This document shows positions 19,328-28,803 of a DNA stretch of 64,000 nucleotides, piece by piece. The notes beneath the pieces are model-generated. The model was given only the letters and a program-made list of their open reading frames with translations, was not told where the DNA came from and did not search any database. Source of the DNA: Spirochaetota bacterium (GTDB lineage: Bacteria; Spirochaetota; UBA4802; UBA5550); assembly GCA_963664815.2 (NCBI GenBank), contig CAXXHB010000003.1, forward strand, positions 2,432,001 through 2,496,000. The letters run 5' to 3'. A program made the position numbers and the translations under genes. The stretch's first letter is position 1; each line of letters begins with the position of its first letter.

Positions 19328-21094
19328 CTATTCATAATGCCTTAATGCCTCCGCTGAAGAGAGATTTGACGCTCTTCTTGCGGGGAAGAATGCCGTAATA
19401 ATTGTAATAATAAGTATCAGTGTAATGTTGAAAAACACGCTTCCGAATGTCGGAAGAAAATAGAGATGCCGGCTTACAAGGAGTATGCCCATTGGATTAT
19501 CTGCTACATTGAATTTAATCAGCGTAAGGATTCCCATCAGTATAAAAGCAAAGATAGTACCGGCAACTGAAGCAAAAAATGACAATAATGATGTCTCTAT
19601 CATAAAAATTCCCCAGACATCACGTTTCTGCATACCTATCGCCCTGATTGTGCCTATCTCCCGCGTTCTCTCCTTGATTGTCATTCTCAGTGTGTTTACA
19701 ACACCAATAAGTATGATAAAAAAGAGTATAAGAACCGCTGAAATCGTAATCATGTTAAGTACCGATTCCAGTTTAAGTACATCACTAGCGCTTTCGTACA
19801 TCGAGTTAACATCGATAGTAGTAGCCTTGATCTTTTTTCTTGCCTGTGCAGCAAATTTTTTTCTCATCTCATCAGTGTTCCGGCTCCGGCTCAGAAGCTC
19901 CCACTCCTTGCCGAGTACCGGTTTAAATGATGCTTTTTCTGATGGTATAAAGGCCGAGGAAATATCGGCATTTAAATCCGGAATGCGGTCATAGAATTTC
20001 GGATAGAAAAGGGATTCATGCATGTAAATGGTTTTATCTCCGGTGATTGCATCTGAATTAAATACACCCTTAACCTTTGTTTTAAATGAAACTCTCTCCT
20101 TTTCAAACTTTGTATTATAGCTGATGGAAATTTCACGACCGGGTGTCACGCCCAGTCCGGCGGCAAGTTTATCACTTATCATCACCCCGTCATGGAGTAT
20201 TACATCCTCCATTTTTCCTTTAACAAGCTTAAATGACGAACTTACTGTCTTAAGCGAATCATCATCACCCCTGAAGGGCAGAACAGTAACCCTGGAAACA
20301 CCGGAACCGGAGAATACTTCTCCGGCGATGAATGCCGGCCCCGGGGTAAGAGCTGCATGAATTTTATCAGCAACTTTTACCGCGTTCTTTTTTGAATCTT
20401 TTATTTTCACATGAATATTCGCTGTTTCATAGGGTCGATAACCCATCATAGCCTTAACGTTTTTAAGCTCGCAGAACATAACGCCCTGCATAAATACATT
20501 ATCGTTATTCAGTATCCCTATTACGGTGAGCCTTTCACTCTGGCTCTGCCCGAAAATATTTCTGAACCTGATGCTGATTACATCATTCTTTTTAACATTA
20601 AGTGAATCCGCTTTGTCTTTCGAAAGAATAACTGCGTTTGCAAAAGCAGAAGTGCCTAAATCCTCGAATTTCCCGTCAATGATATTAAACGATTCATTAT
20701 ATGCCTTTCTCTGGTCCTCTGTTATTTTTTTTGCAGTGTCAACTCCCACAAGAACCATATTATCCGCTTTTCCGTTTCCTATAGCCCGTGTGAAAATCCC
20801 CAGGCTTTCATCAACCTCTGCATCCTTTTCTATATTCTTTTCGATAATGGAAAAAAGCCTCTCCCTGTCACGGAACACCGGAACCCTTCTGCCGGAACCT
20901 TCATTAAGATTTATACTTACATGACCCGCGACATAAGTTACAATCTTGTTAAACATTATATCCTCAATCCCGTGTGAAAATGAACTGGCCATAATGAGTA
21001 TTGCAACTCCGAGGGCAATAGCCAGCCCCAGCATCAGATTGCGTCTTTTCTGCCTCAGGAGATTTCTTAAACTGAGATTAAACAGCATTTTCAT
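19328..21094 (-). CDS. FtsX/LolE-type ABC permease with enlarged periplasmic region
   Basis: RNLLRQKRR + TM1, long periplasmic part, NTLRMTIKERTREIGTIRAIG, PARRASNLSSAEALR. Confidence 0.9.
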   Translation of the reverse strand: MKMLFNLSLRNLLRQKRRNLMLGLAIALGVAILIMASSFSHGIEDIMFNKIVTYVAGHVSINLNEGSGRRVPVFRDRERLFSIIEKNIEKDAEVDESLGIFTRAIGNGKADNMVLVGVDTAKKITEDQRKAYNESFNIIDGKFEDLGTSAFANAVILSKDKADSLNVKKNDVISIRFRNIFGQSQSERLTVIGILNNDNVFMQGVMFCELKNVKAMMGYRPYETANIHVKIKDSKKNAVKVADKIHAALTPGPAFIAGEVFSGSGVSRVTVLPFRGDDDSLKTVSSSFKLVKGKMEDVILHDGVMISDKLAAGLGVTPGREISISYNTKFEKERVSFKTKVKGVFNSDAITGDKTIYMHESLFYPKFYDRIPDLNADISSAFIPSEKASFKPVLGKEWELLSRSRNTDEMRKKFAAQARKKIKATTIDVNSMYESASDVLKLESVLNMITISAVLILFFIILIGVVNTLRMTIKERTREIGTIRAIGMQKRDVWGIFMIETSLLSFFASVAGTIFAFILMGILTLIKFNVADNPMGILLVSRHLYFLPTFGSVFFNITLILIITIITAFFPARRASNLSSAEALRHYE

Positions 21095-21103
21095 ATTCCC
21101 CTC

Positions 21104-22624
21104 CTAATCCCTTGATATCGCATCAAGAGGTACAATCCCTGTTGCAACTTTCACAGGATAGATAACTGTAATAACAGTAACTGCCGCCAGCTGAAGAATA
21201 ACCAGCAATATATCAGTATATGTTAAAACAGGGAAAAATTTGTCACCCCCATATAACAGCTGAACCATATCATTGTCTGTTGTTATATTTAATAGCGGTA
21301 CAATCTTGACAATTACAATTCCAAGGATAACCCCGATTCCCCCGAATACTCCCGAAAGCATTGCAGTCTCCCCGACAAACATACTGCTTATGAATTTCTT
21401 CTGGGCGCCCACCGCTCTCATCATCCCTATTTCCGTTACTCTTTCAAGTGTCGCCATGGTGAGTGTATTGACTATAATAATTATTGCCACGACAAAGAGC
21501 ATCATGACGAAGAAGAAAAGCGCACCCTTTATTATTGTAGCCATATTCCCGACAGGTCCGGCCCCCTTTTTCCATGTCACCGCCTTTACACCGAGATTTG
21601 AGGCGGCAAGCACAGTATTCAGCTTACTGACTCCATCTTCCATTGAAACACCTTTTTTCAGTTTGATAAATATAAGATTGTATGTACCCGATTCGAGGTC
21701 CAATCCCTCTGTTGTGGAGAGATCTTTCTGAGTGAAATCCACGCTGATATTTTTATTCCCGTTATCTGAGACAATGAGACTCCCCGAGCCGAACATAGAG
21801 TCAAGATTTTCAGATTCAAGCAGTTTTTTTCTGTCGGAGGTTACTGTAACCTTTGTATCAGCCGCAGAGAAGTAGCCCAGAGCTCTTCTGTACGATTCAA
21901 TATCCATAATCGTAAAATGGCCCCACATTGTGTTCAGAGCCTTATATCGTATTATACCCTTAATCGGAACCCGTATATCAGATGAAGAGTTATTCTCTGA
22001 AAATCCCATAAATACCGGATCTGATTTGACTATCAGGGATCTTTTATTCTCCCTTGCATCATCGGTAAGGTTTTTTTCATCAACTTTTCCGCCATGAGGA
22101 ATAAACCATAAATTCATAGATTCATAGAGTTCATTCCTCGCTTTCAATGCCATCAGTAACCCCTGTTCATCATCACCAAGCAGTGAACCCTCAACAGGAG
22201 ATATATTCTCCTTAAAAAAGTTCCTGTACTCTTTAAAGTCAACTCCAAGGAGATATGCAAATCCCGGCTCACCCTCCTCCTCGTTTATTATCATTGCTCC
22301 GTTTTTACCTACGGGGAGTTTGCCCTCTATATAATCCTGCTTATCCAGAAGAGGCCTGATATCCTTATAATTCGTTATTGTCTCAACTGATTTTCCCATA
22401 ATTTTAAAAAGTATATTGTCAGACTGTTCCTTCCCGGATATTATAACAATGTCTCCCATAAAGCCGTTTACTATGTTTCTCTCCAGTCCCTTGTCCATTC
22501 CGGAAATTACACCATTCCCCACTGTCATAATCAGCGATCCGAGAAAGAGTATCACCCCTATTATAATACTCTTCCCTTTATGCCTCTGTATATTCCGCCA
22601 CGCAATTTTCAGTATAAGTTCCAT
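21104..22624 (-). CDS. FtsX/LolC-type ABC permease
   Basis: IAWRNIQRHK + TM1, NTLTMATLERVTEIGMMRAVG, PVKVATGIVPLDAI. Confidence 0.9.
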   Translation of the reverse strand: MELILKIAWRNIQRHKGKSIIIGVILFLGSLIMTVGNGVISGMDKGLERNIVNGFMGDIVIISGKEQSDNILFKIMGKSVETITNYKDIRPLLDKQDYIEGKLPVGKNGAMIINEEEGEPGFAYLLGVDFKEYRNFFKENISPVEGSLLGDDEQGLLMALKARNELYESMNLWFIPHGGKVDEKNLTDDARENKRSLIVKSDPVFMGFSENNSSSDIRVPIKGIIRYKALNTMWGHFTIMDIESYRRALGYFSAADTKVTVTSDRKKLLESENLDSMFGSGSLIVSDNGNKNISVDFTQKDLSTTEGLDLESGTYNLIFIKLKKGVSMEDGVSKLNTVLAASNLGVKAVTWKKGAGPVGNMATIIKGALFFFVMMLFVVAIIIIVNTLTMATLERVTEIGMMRAVGAQKKFISSMFVGETAMLSGVFGGIGVILGIVIVKIVPLLNITTDNDMVQLLYGGDKFFPVLTYTDILLVILQLAAVTVITVIYPVKVATGIVPLDAISRD

Positions 22625-22625
22625 A

Positions 22626-23303
22626 TCATCCCTCTATGATGAGTCCGTCTTTTATTTTCACTACCCGGTTGGCGTACTTCAGCACATGCTCATCATGCGT
22701 TGAGAAGATAAATGTGGTTTTTTCAATTTCATTCATTTTCTTCATCAGCTCAAGTATCTGTCCCCCTGTAACTGAGTCGAGATTGGCAGTCGGTTCATCC
22801 GCCAGCACTATATCCGGATTTGTCACAAGGGCGCGCGCTATTGCCACCCGCTGTCTCTGTCCGCCGGAGAGTTCGGCAGGACGGTGTTTTATATGCTCTG
22901 TAAGTCCCACTTCTTCAATAAGTTTTTCCGCGCGTTTTCTTACCTCTGCTTTTGTATGTTTTTTCATGAGAAGCAGGGGAAACTCTACATTCTCCCTTAC
23001 ATCGAGTACAGGGATGAGATTAAATGTCTGGAATATGAAACCTATTTTGTTAAGCCTGAGGTTAGTGAGAGTTTTATCATCCAGAGTTGTAATCTCGGTA
23101 CCCCCCACTTTAACGCTCCCCTCTGTTGCAGTATCAATGCACCCTATGACATTAAGGAGCGTGGTTTTACCGCTTCCCGAGGGACCGATTATACTGATAA
23201 ATTCCCCCTCGGCGATATTCAGATCAACTCCCCTTACCGCATGGACAATTGTTTCACCAAGCGGATAGTTTTTTTTCAGTCCTTTAATTTCTATTAAACT
23301 CAT
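22626..23303 (-). CDS. LolD/MacB-type ABC ATP-binding protein
   Basis: Walker A GPSGSGKT, LSGGQRQRVAIARAL, LADEPTANLD, STHD. Preferred start 23303 (AAGGAG SD); 23348 is possible. Confidence 0.95.
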   Translation of the reverse strand: MSLIEIKGLKKNYPLGETIVHAVRGVDLNIAEGEFISIIGPSGSGKTTLLNVIGCIDTATEGSVKVGGTEITTLDDKTLTNLRLNKIGFIFQTFNLIPVLDVRENVEFPLLLMKKHTKAEVRKRAEKLIEEVGLTEHIKHRPAELSGGQRQRVAIARALVTNPDIVLADEPTANLDSVTGGQILELMKKMNEIEKTTFIFSTHDEHVLKYANRVVKIKDGLIIEG

Positions 23304-23380
23304 ATTACACTCCTTATTCTGCTTATTCTGACTTCCAGATAAATTCATAAATACTCCGCCGGCTGAGCGGAGTCCCGACC

Positions 23381-24076
23381 CTACTTCATCAGATCAATAT
23401 CCGCAGGGGGATTTTTTAATATCGAATATATTATACGTTTAGCATTAACTGTTATTACATTAAGAAAATCAAATTTATAAAATGGCATATCGGCATGATC
23501 ATGCCTGTTGGCTTCAAGCATGTACTTTTTAAAATCATGCATCCTTATCATAACTGTAGAGATCGACCAGAGGCTTATAGCGATTTCAAGGGGATCTGCT
23601 GTCTCCCTGAAAACTCCATTATTTATTCCATCCTTTACTATACCCATATTGAGCCCCCATATGCTCCTTATCCTTTCATGAAGCATTTTGTGTGATTCAT
23701 CATTTGCATCAGGATGGAACTTCCCCGGCACATGCACGTCATTGAGCAGCCTGAAATGCTCCGGATATTTATTGTAAAATTCAAAATACGCTTCTCCGAT
23801 CTTTCTCAGCCTCTCAACTGGATCACTAATTCCGCTCTGGTATTTAAACATCAGTTCATAAAGCTCCGTAAGAGCCTTATACATTATTGCCGAAAGAAGC
23901 TCCTCCTTACTTTTAAAATGAAGGTAAAGAGTACCTTTTGCCAGCTCACAAGCCCTGGCAATTTCATCCATTGTCGTATTGCCGAATCCTTTTTCTATGA
24001 AGAGTTTCTCACCGGTTTTAAGTATCTCATCCCGTCTGAGCACCTTCTCCCTCTCTTTTCTCTCTTTTACTCCCAA
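23381..24076 (-). CDS. TetR/AcrR-family regulator
   Basis: TTG start with AGGGG SD; GFGNTTMDEIARACELAKGTLYLHFKSKEEL HTH. Confidence 0.93.
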   Translation of the reverse strand: MGVKERKEREKVLRRDEILKTGEKLFIEKGFGNTTMDEIARACELAKGTLYLHFKSKEELLSAIMYKALTELYELMFKYQSGISDPVERLRKIGEAYFEFYNKYPEHFRLLNDVHVPGKFHPDANDESHKMLHERIRSIWGLNMGIVKDGINNGVFRETADPLEIAISLWSISTVMIRMHDFKKYMLEANRHDHADMPFYKFDFLNVITVNAKRIIYSILKNPPADIDLMK

Positions 24077-24211
24077 AATTAACTTCCCCTGTAGCTGTAA
24101 AATTATCCCTGAAATATAAAATATCGTTCATTGCATTATTTACAAATCTGCTTTCGAAATTGTCAGATTTGTTTGAAGTAATTACACCACTTTTCTGCTA
24201 TTTCTCTACTG

Positions 24212-24262
24212 ATGACTGTGGGTAATATTATGACTATTAGTCATAATATTACCCACAGTCAT
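24212..24262. promoter_or_regulatory. Perfect 25-bp inverted repeat, probable TetR operator
   Basis: ATGACTGTGGGTAATATTATGACTA-T-TAGTCATAATATTACCCACAGTCAT; the arms are exact reverse complements. Confidence 0.8.
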
Positions 24263-24271
24263 AAAAGTCAA
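24243..24271 (-). promoter_or_regulatory. Sigma70-type promoter of the tetR-ABC operon
   Basis: Minus strand TTGACT (24271-24266), 17-nt spacer, TATTAT (24248-24243); the -10 lies inside the palindrome. Confidence 0.65.
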
Positions 24272-24778
24272 GTTTTTTATATAAATTATAGTTTTTTTCC
24301 GGCATTGAAAATGCAGCATCAATTCTCTTTTAAGAATCTGAAGTCAGTACTGTTGAAACTTTCCGGATCCCGCAGATAAGCATTCATTATTTATATACAA
24401 CCTGGCAGCCGCATTATTAACCATAAATGTTCATCTGCAGCAGCAAACTACAACGAGAGCACGTTATTCTTCATAAGCACTTTAAAATGACATTATATTT
24501 CATAAAAATCATTTTAAACAAAGATGATTCGGTTAAAAATTTGCTTCTCCCCGCCTTGTTATCTAATCTTAAATAAATACTATTGCTGATAATTCAATCT
24601 TTACCGTGAACAGTATCCGGCATTATTGACCGTTTACGCTTTATTCCGGTCAGAATCATCGGTTGATATTCTTAGCACGCTTCATTTAAAGTGTTCAGGA
24701 ACGGCCAATTGATGAACCATGTTGCTTTAGATTAAAAATCATTCTGCATATCTTAAATTTTATTTTTGAGGTGATTAA

Positions 24779-25150
24779 ATGAAAATTCTGATTATTGACG
24801 ATTCACTGGTAATAAGGAATATTCATAAAAATATTCTGAAAGAAAAGAAAATCCCCGAAGAAAACCTTTTTGAAGCTGATAATGGCTTAACGGCGCTTGA
24901 AATTGCCGGGAAGGAAGCTATCGGCCTGTTCATTGTTGACTGGAACATGCCCGGTTTAAATGGTCTCGATTTTATTAAAAAAATCAGAGGCATGCAGAAT
25001 TATGCCCTTACCCCTATAATAATGGTCACTTCAGAAGCGGCTAAATATAATGTAATGGAGGCTATTGATGCAGGGGCAACAAACTACATCGTCAAACCAA
25101 TACATGATGATGTCTTATGGACTAAGATAGAAAAATATGTTAAACAGTAA
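24779..25150 (+). CDS. cheY: CheY-like single-domain response regulator
   Basis: ILIIDDS, VDWNMPGLNGL, MVTSE, YIVKP; GAGG SD. Confidence 0.88.
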   Translation: MKILIIDDSLVIRNIHKNILKEKKIPEENLFEADNGLTALEIAGKEAIGLFIVDWNMPGLNGLDFIKKIRGMQNYALTPIIMVTSEAAKYNVMEAIDAGATNYIVKPIHDDVLWTKIEKYVKQ

Positions 25151-25164
25151 ACCGGAGATACATT

Positions 25165-25623
25165 ATGAAAGCTGAATATATTAATCCTTTCCTTGACGCA
25201 TCCATGAACCTTTTTAAAACCCACCTCAGGTTTGATATCAGGAACAATGCCCCCTATGTAAATGAAGACACACAGAATCTTAATGAAATTTCCGCCATTA
25301 TAGGTCTTGCCGGCGACATCATAGGTGCCATCGTTCTCAGTTTTAACCGTGAAACCGCCATAGCAATGGCTTCACGATTTACAAACCAGACGTATCATGC
25401 TCTTACAAAGGAAGTAATAGACTGCGTAGGTGAAATGGTAAACATAATAGCCGGTAATGCCAAAAAGGATCTTGCCGGATTCCGTGTGGAGATATCTCTG
25501 CCGGGAGTTATCACCGGTCACACATATAAGATCAACTGGCCCCAGGGTGTGCCGATAATAACCATACCGTTTGAATCTGATGCGGGGATGTTTAACGTAA
25601 ACGTATCATTCAGAAAGCATTAG
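25165..25623 (+). CDS. cheX: CheY-P phosphatase CheX
   Basis: EYINPF, SAIIGLAG, GEMVNIIAGNA (ExxN), ISLPGVITG, IPF. Confidence 0.92.
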   Translation: MKAEYINPFLDASMNLFKTHLRFDIRNNAPYVNEDTQNLNEISAIIGLAGDIIGAIVLSFNRETAIAMASRFTNQTYHALTKEVIDCVGEMVNIIAGNAKKDLAGFRVEISLPGVITGHTYKINWPQGVPIITIPFESDAGMFNVNVSFRKH

Positions 25624-25628
25624 GCTAA

Positions 25629-27689
25629 ATGGAATCCCTCCGGATGAGTCTTCTTCACAGCAAACTTCCAAGACTTAAATTCAGTCATGTACTATATGGA
25701 TTCGGGGATGAACTTGAAAAATCATACTTTAATGATTTTTACATGTCATCACTTTCTATTGTAAGAATAGCCCTGCTGCTTGGCATTGCACTCTATTCAT
25801 TGTTCGGTTTTCTCGATTTATGGATTGTACCTTTACATAAAACTGCAGTATGGGTTATCCGATATGCAATAGTATGCCCGGCGCTTATCATAGTTCTTGT
25901 TATTTCATTTACAGTCTGGTTCAAAAAGTACATGCAGTTTTTTCTCTCAATTGTCGGTTTCATGGCTGGTGTCGGAATTGTTTCAATGGTGGGGATATCG
26001 GTTGAAAATGAACTCGGCTTCAAGTTCTACTACGCAGGACTTATGCTGGTGCTCATGTGGGTATATACCCTTGTGCGTCTGCAGTTTAAATATGCTACAA
26101 CGATAAGCTGGCTTATAACGGTATCATACGAGATTAATGCAATATACGTAAACAGGCTGCTTGAAACTCCGGAAAACTTTATCGTCTTTATTAATAACAA
26201 TTTCTTTTTTATCGGCGCTAATATTATTGGTATGTTTGCATGCTTCACAATTGAATGGTATATGAGGAAAAACTTCCTTCTTCGGGAGGAGATCGCCAAG
26301 GCATATAATCTCAACCGCAAATACCTTACAACAATAAAGGAAGGGCTGCTGCTTATCGATGAAAACTATATGATCATGAACCAGTATTCCGAATTCCTTA
26401 CCGGCATGTTTGAAAGAAGTGATTTCCACGATATAAGCTTCATTGAACTGATATACCCGGACATCGATTCCCATGCCGATGAACGCATGGAGCTTGACAG
26501 GTTCCTGAATTTTCTCTTTCACAATAAGACCGCCGATCTTGAAATGATTATGGAGCTTAATCCTTTCAGGAATAAAAAAATCCTCATCAGAAAAAACGGC
26601 AGCGTCATCAGAGAAATAACAGTTAACGCAGATTTTATAAAGATACATGATAAAGAAACAGTGGAATTTCTCATGGTGATATTTGAAGACATTACAGATA
26701 TACTTAATTTCGAGAAACAGCTGCAGGATCAGAAAACAAAATACCAGCAGGAGATTGAATCCATTTCTGCAATAATTAAATCCGGCCCTGCGCTGTTTCT
26801 CAATTTCCTTGATGAATCCATAGTAATGCTGAATGAAATCCGGTCAAATATCATGAATCTTAATGATATAAAAAAACTGAATCACGTATTCCGCCAGGCG
26901 CATTCACTCAAAGGATCGGCAAAACATCTTGAACTGAACCACATATCCACTCTTTCCCACAGAATTGAAGATATCCTCATTGGTATAAGAGATAACCCCG
27001 ATGATGTACCGGAGAACTGCAATACACTGATAGAAGAGCTTGTTTCCGATCTTTACAGGGAATTTGATAACCTCAACAGCATGATTGAGAAGCTTAAAGG
27101 TTTTTCAATCATAAGAAATGTTTCAACAATGATGGAAAAGAAAAATTTTCTTGATGAATTTCTGAACTCGCTCCCCTCAATGACAGAATCTATTGCAAGG
27201 GAGCTCGGTAAAAATATAAAACTTGAAATTCAGAATGAACTTGAAGAGATTCCTTTCCTTTCAAAAATTAAAAACCCGGTTATTCACCTGCTCAGGAATT
27301 CAATCGATCACGGTATTGAAGACCAGTATGAAAGATTGACAAAAGGTAAGGATATCACGGGGAGTATAAATCTGAAGCTTTACAAAACAGGAAACCTTTA
27401 CAACATCGAAATACAGGATGACGGATCAGGTGTGAATTTTGAAAGTATACGTAAAAAGGCCATTGAAAAAAACCTGATAGCAGACAACAATGAATCAATT
27501 TCAAGAAGCAAACTGCTTAAACTCATTTTTACACCGGGATTCAGCTCCAAGGAGAAAATCTCTGAACTTTCAGGGCGCGGTTACGGGCTTGATATTGTCA
27601 AAGATGCGGCTGAACAACTTAAAGGAAAAATAATATTCTATACAAAGCAGGACAGGGGAACAAGAATCAGGATAGTTTTACCATGTTGA
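25629..27689 (+). CDS. Membrane-bound CheA-like (class III-type) histidine kinase: multi-TM sensor, PAS-like, Hpt, CheA-type HATPase, no CheW domain
   Basis: About 6 TM helices; EGLLLID PAS-like start; Hpt FRQAHSLKGSA; HLLRNSIDHGIE, DDGSG, FTPGFSS, SGRGYGLDIV; ends directly after the HATPase. Confidence 0.88.
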   Translation: MESLRMSLLHSKLPRLKFSHVLYGFGDELEKSYFNDFYMSSLSIVRIALLLGIALYSLFGFLDLWIVPLHKTAVWVIRYAIVCPALIIVLVISFTVWFKKYMQFFLSIVGFMAGVGIVSMVGISVENELGFKFYYAGLMLVLMWVYTLVRLQFKYATTISWLITVSYEINAIYVNRLLETPENFIVFINNNFFFIGANIIGMFACFTIEWYMRKNFLLREEIAKAYNLNRKYLTTIKEGLLLIDENYMIMNQYSEFLTGMFERSDFHDISFIELIYPDIDSHADERMELDRFLNFLFHNKTADLEMIMELNPFRNKKILIRKNGSVIREITVNADFIKIHDKETVEFLMVIFEDITDILNFEKQLQDQKTKYQQEIESISAIIKSGPALFLNFLDESIVMLNEIRSNIMNLNDIKKLNHVFRQAHSLKGSAKHLELNHISTLSHRIEDILIGIRDNPDDVPENCNTLIEELVSDLYREFDNLNSMIEKLKGFSIIRNVSTMMEKKNFLDEFLNSLPSMTESIARELGKNIKLEIQNELEEIPFLSKIKNPVIHLLRNSIDHGIEDQYERLTKGKDITGSINLKLYKTGNLYNIEIQDDGSGVNFESIRKKAIEKNLIADNNESISRSKLLKLIFTPGFSSKEKISELSGRGYGLDIVKDAAEQLKGKIIFYTKQDRGTRIRIVLPC

Positions 27690-27747
27690 TTTTTTTACTT
27701 TTAAATCATGGCAGTATTAATATTATATAAATTAATTTTAATTATAT

Positions 27748-27774
27748 TTGACAAATAAATTCATTCTGTATAAT
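27748..27774 (+). promoter_or_regulatory. Possible sigma70 promoter for motAB
   Basis: TTGACA (27748) and TATAAT (27769); spacing is short (15 nt) and the region is very AT-rich. Confidence 0.35.
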
Positions 27775-27978
27775 AATGTGACATAATTATATTTTGATAA
27801 AACTATATGATTGTTAAAAGCATCATATATTATAACAATTTTATTTCCATTTAAATTTTATCTGAAATTATGATTCATAGTTAAGGTTATGATAGAAAGT
27901 AATACTTTCTGATAAAATAAAATTAAAACCGTTTTCAATCAATCTTAATTATTCTTTTTTACTGAAAGAGGTATATAT

Positions 27979-28779
27979 ATGGCTAAAAAGCCTGAATCAT
28001 CAACTGTTATAGGTATTGGGTCAGGTTTTGGGATTCTGATCTTCGGATTCCTTCTTGAAGGCGGAAACCCTAAAGCGCTCGTAGGAATCAGTGCCCTGAT
28101 TATCATTCTTGGAGGTACATTCGGGGCTTTAACAGCTTCATTTAATCTTAAAACCGTATTAAGCATACCAAAATTATTCTCTCTCTCCATGCTTGCTCCG
28201 GAGGGACCTGATGCAGATATAGTACTTGAAATTATCTCATTTGCAGAGAAGGCCAGACGTGAAGGTCTCCTTTCTCTCGAAGATGAGGTCGACAAGCTTG
28301 ATAACCCCTTTATGCAGAAGGGTGTGCGAATGATGGTCGATGGCGTCGATCCTGAGGCTATAAGAAGCATTCTTGAAAAAGAGATAGAGCTGTTTGAGGA
28401 GAACAGGAAACATGAAGCCTCTGTATTTGAAGCTGCCGGCGGATTCTCTCCTACTATGGGAATTATCGGAACAGTTATGGGACTTGTTCTGGTTCTCGCA
28501 AACCTGGGTGGAAATGCCGCTGAACTGGGACACTCCATTGCGACAGCGTTTATTGCTACTCTTTACGGTATCGGTTTTGCCAACGTTGTATGGCTTCCTG
28601 TAGGTCTGAAGTTGAAACTGAAATTAAAAGAGGAAGTCAAACGGATGGAACTGATCATGATAGGTATTCTGGCTATACAGGCCGGTGATAACCCCACCCT
28701 TATAAAAGAACGTCTTGTTTCATACCTTGATGAAGATGATGCCAAAACTCTTTACAACGCCAAGGGTGAGGGTGAATAA
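27979..28779 (+). CDS. motA: Flagellar stator protein MotA
   Basis: ARREGLLSLE, GGFSPTMGIIGTVMGL, AFIATLYG, GDNP. Confidence 0.95.
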   Translation: MAKKPESSTVIGIGSGFGILIFGFLLEGGNPKALVGISALIIILGGTFGALTASFNLKTVLSIPKLFSLSMLAPEGPDADIVLEIISFAEKARREGLLSLEDEVDKLDNPFMQKGVRMMVDGVDPEAIRSILEKEIELFEENRKHEASVFEAAGGFSPTMGIIGTVMGLVLVLANLGGNAAELGHSIATAFIATLYGIGFANVVWLPVGLKLKLKLKEEVKRMELIMIGILAIQAGDNPTLIKERLVSYLDEDDAKTLYNAKGEGE

Positions 28780-28803
28780 TTTAATTCCTGAAAGAGGATA
28801 ACC

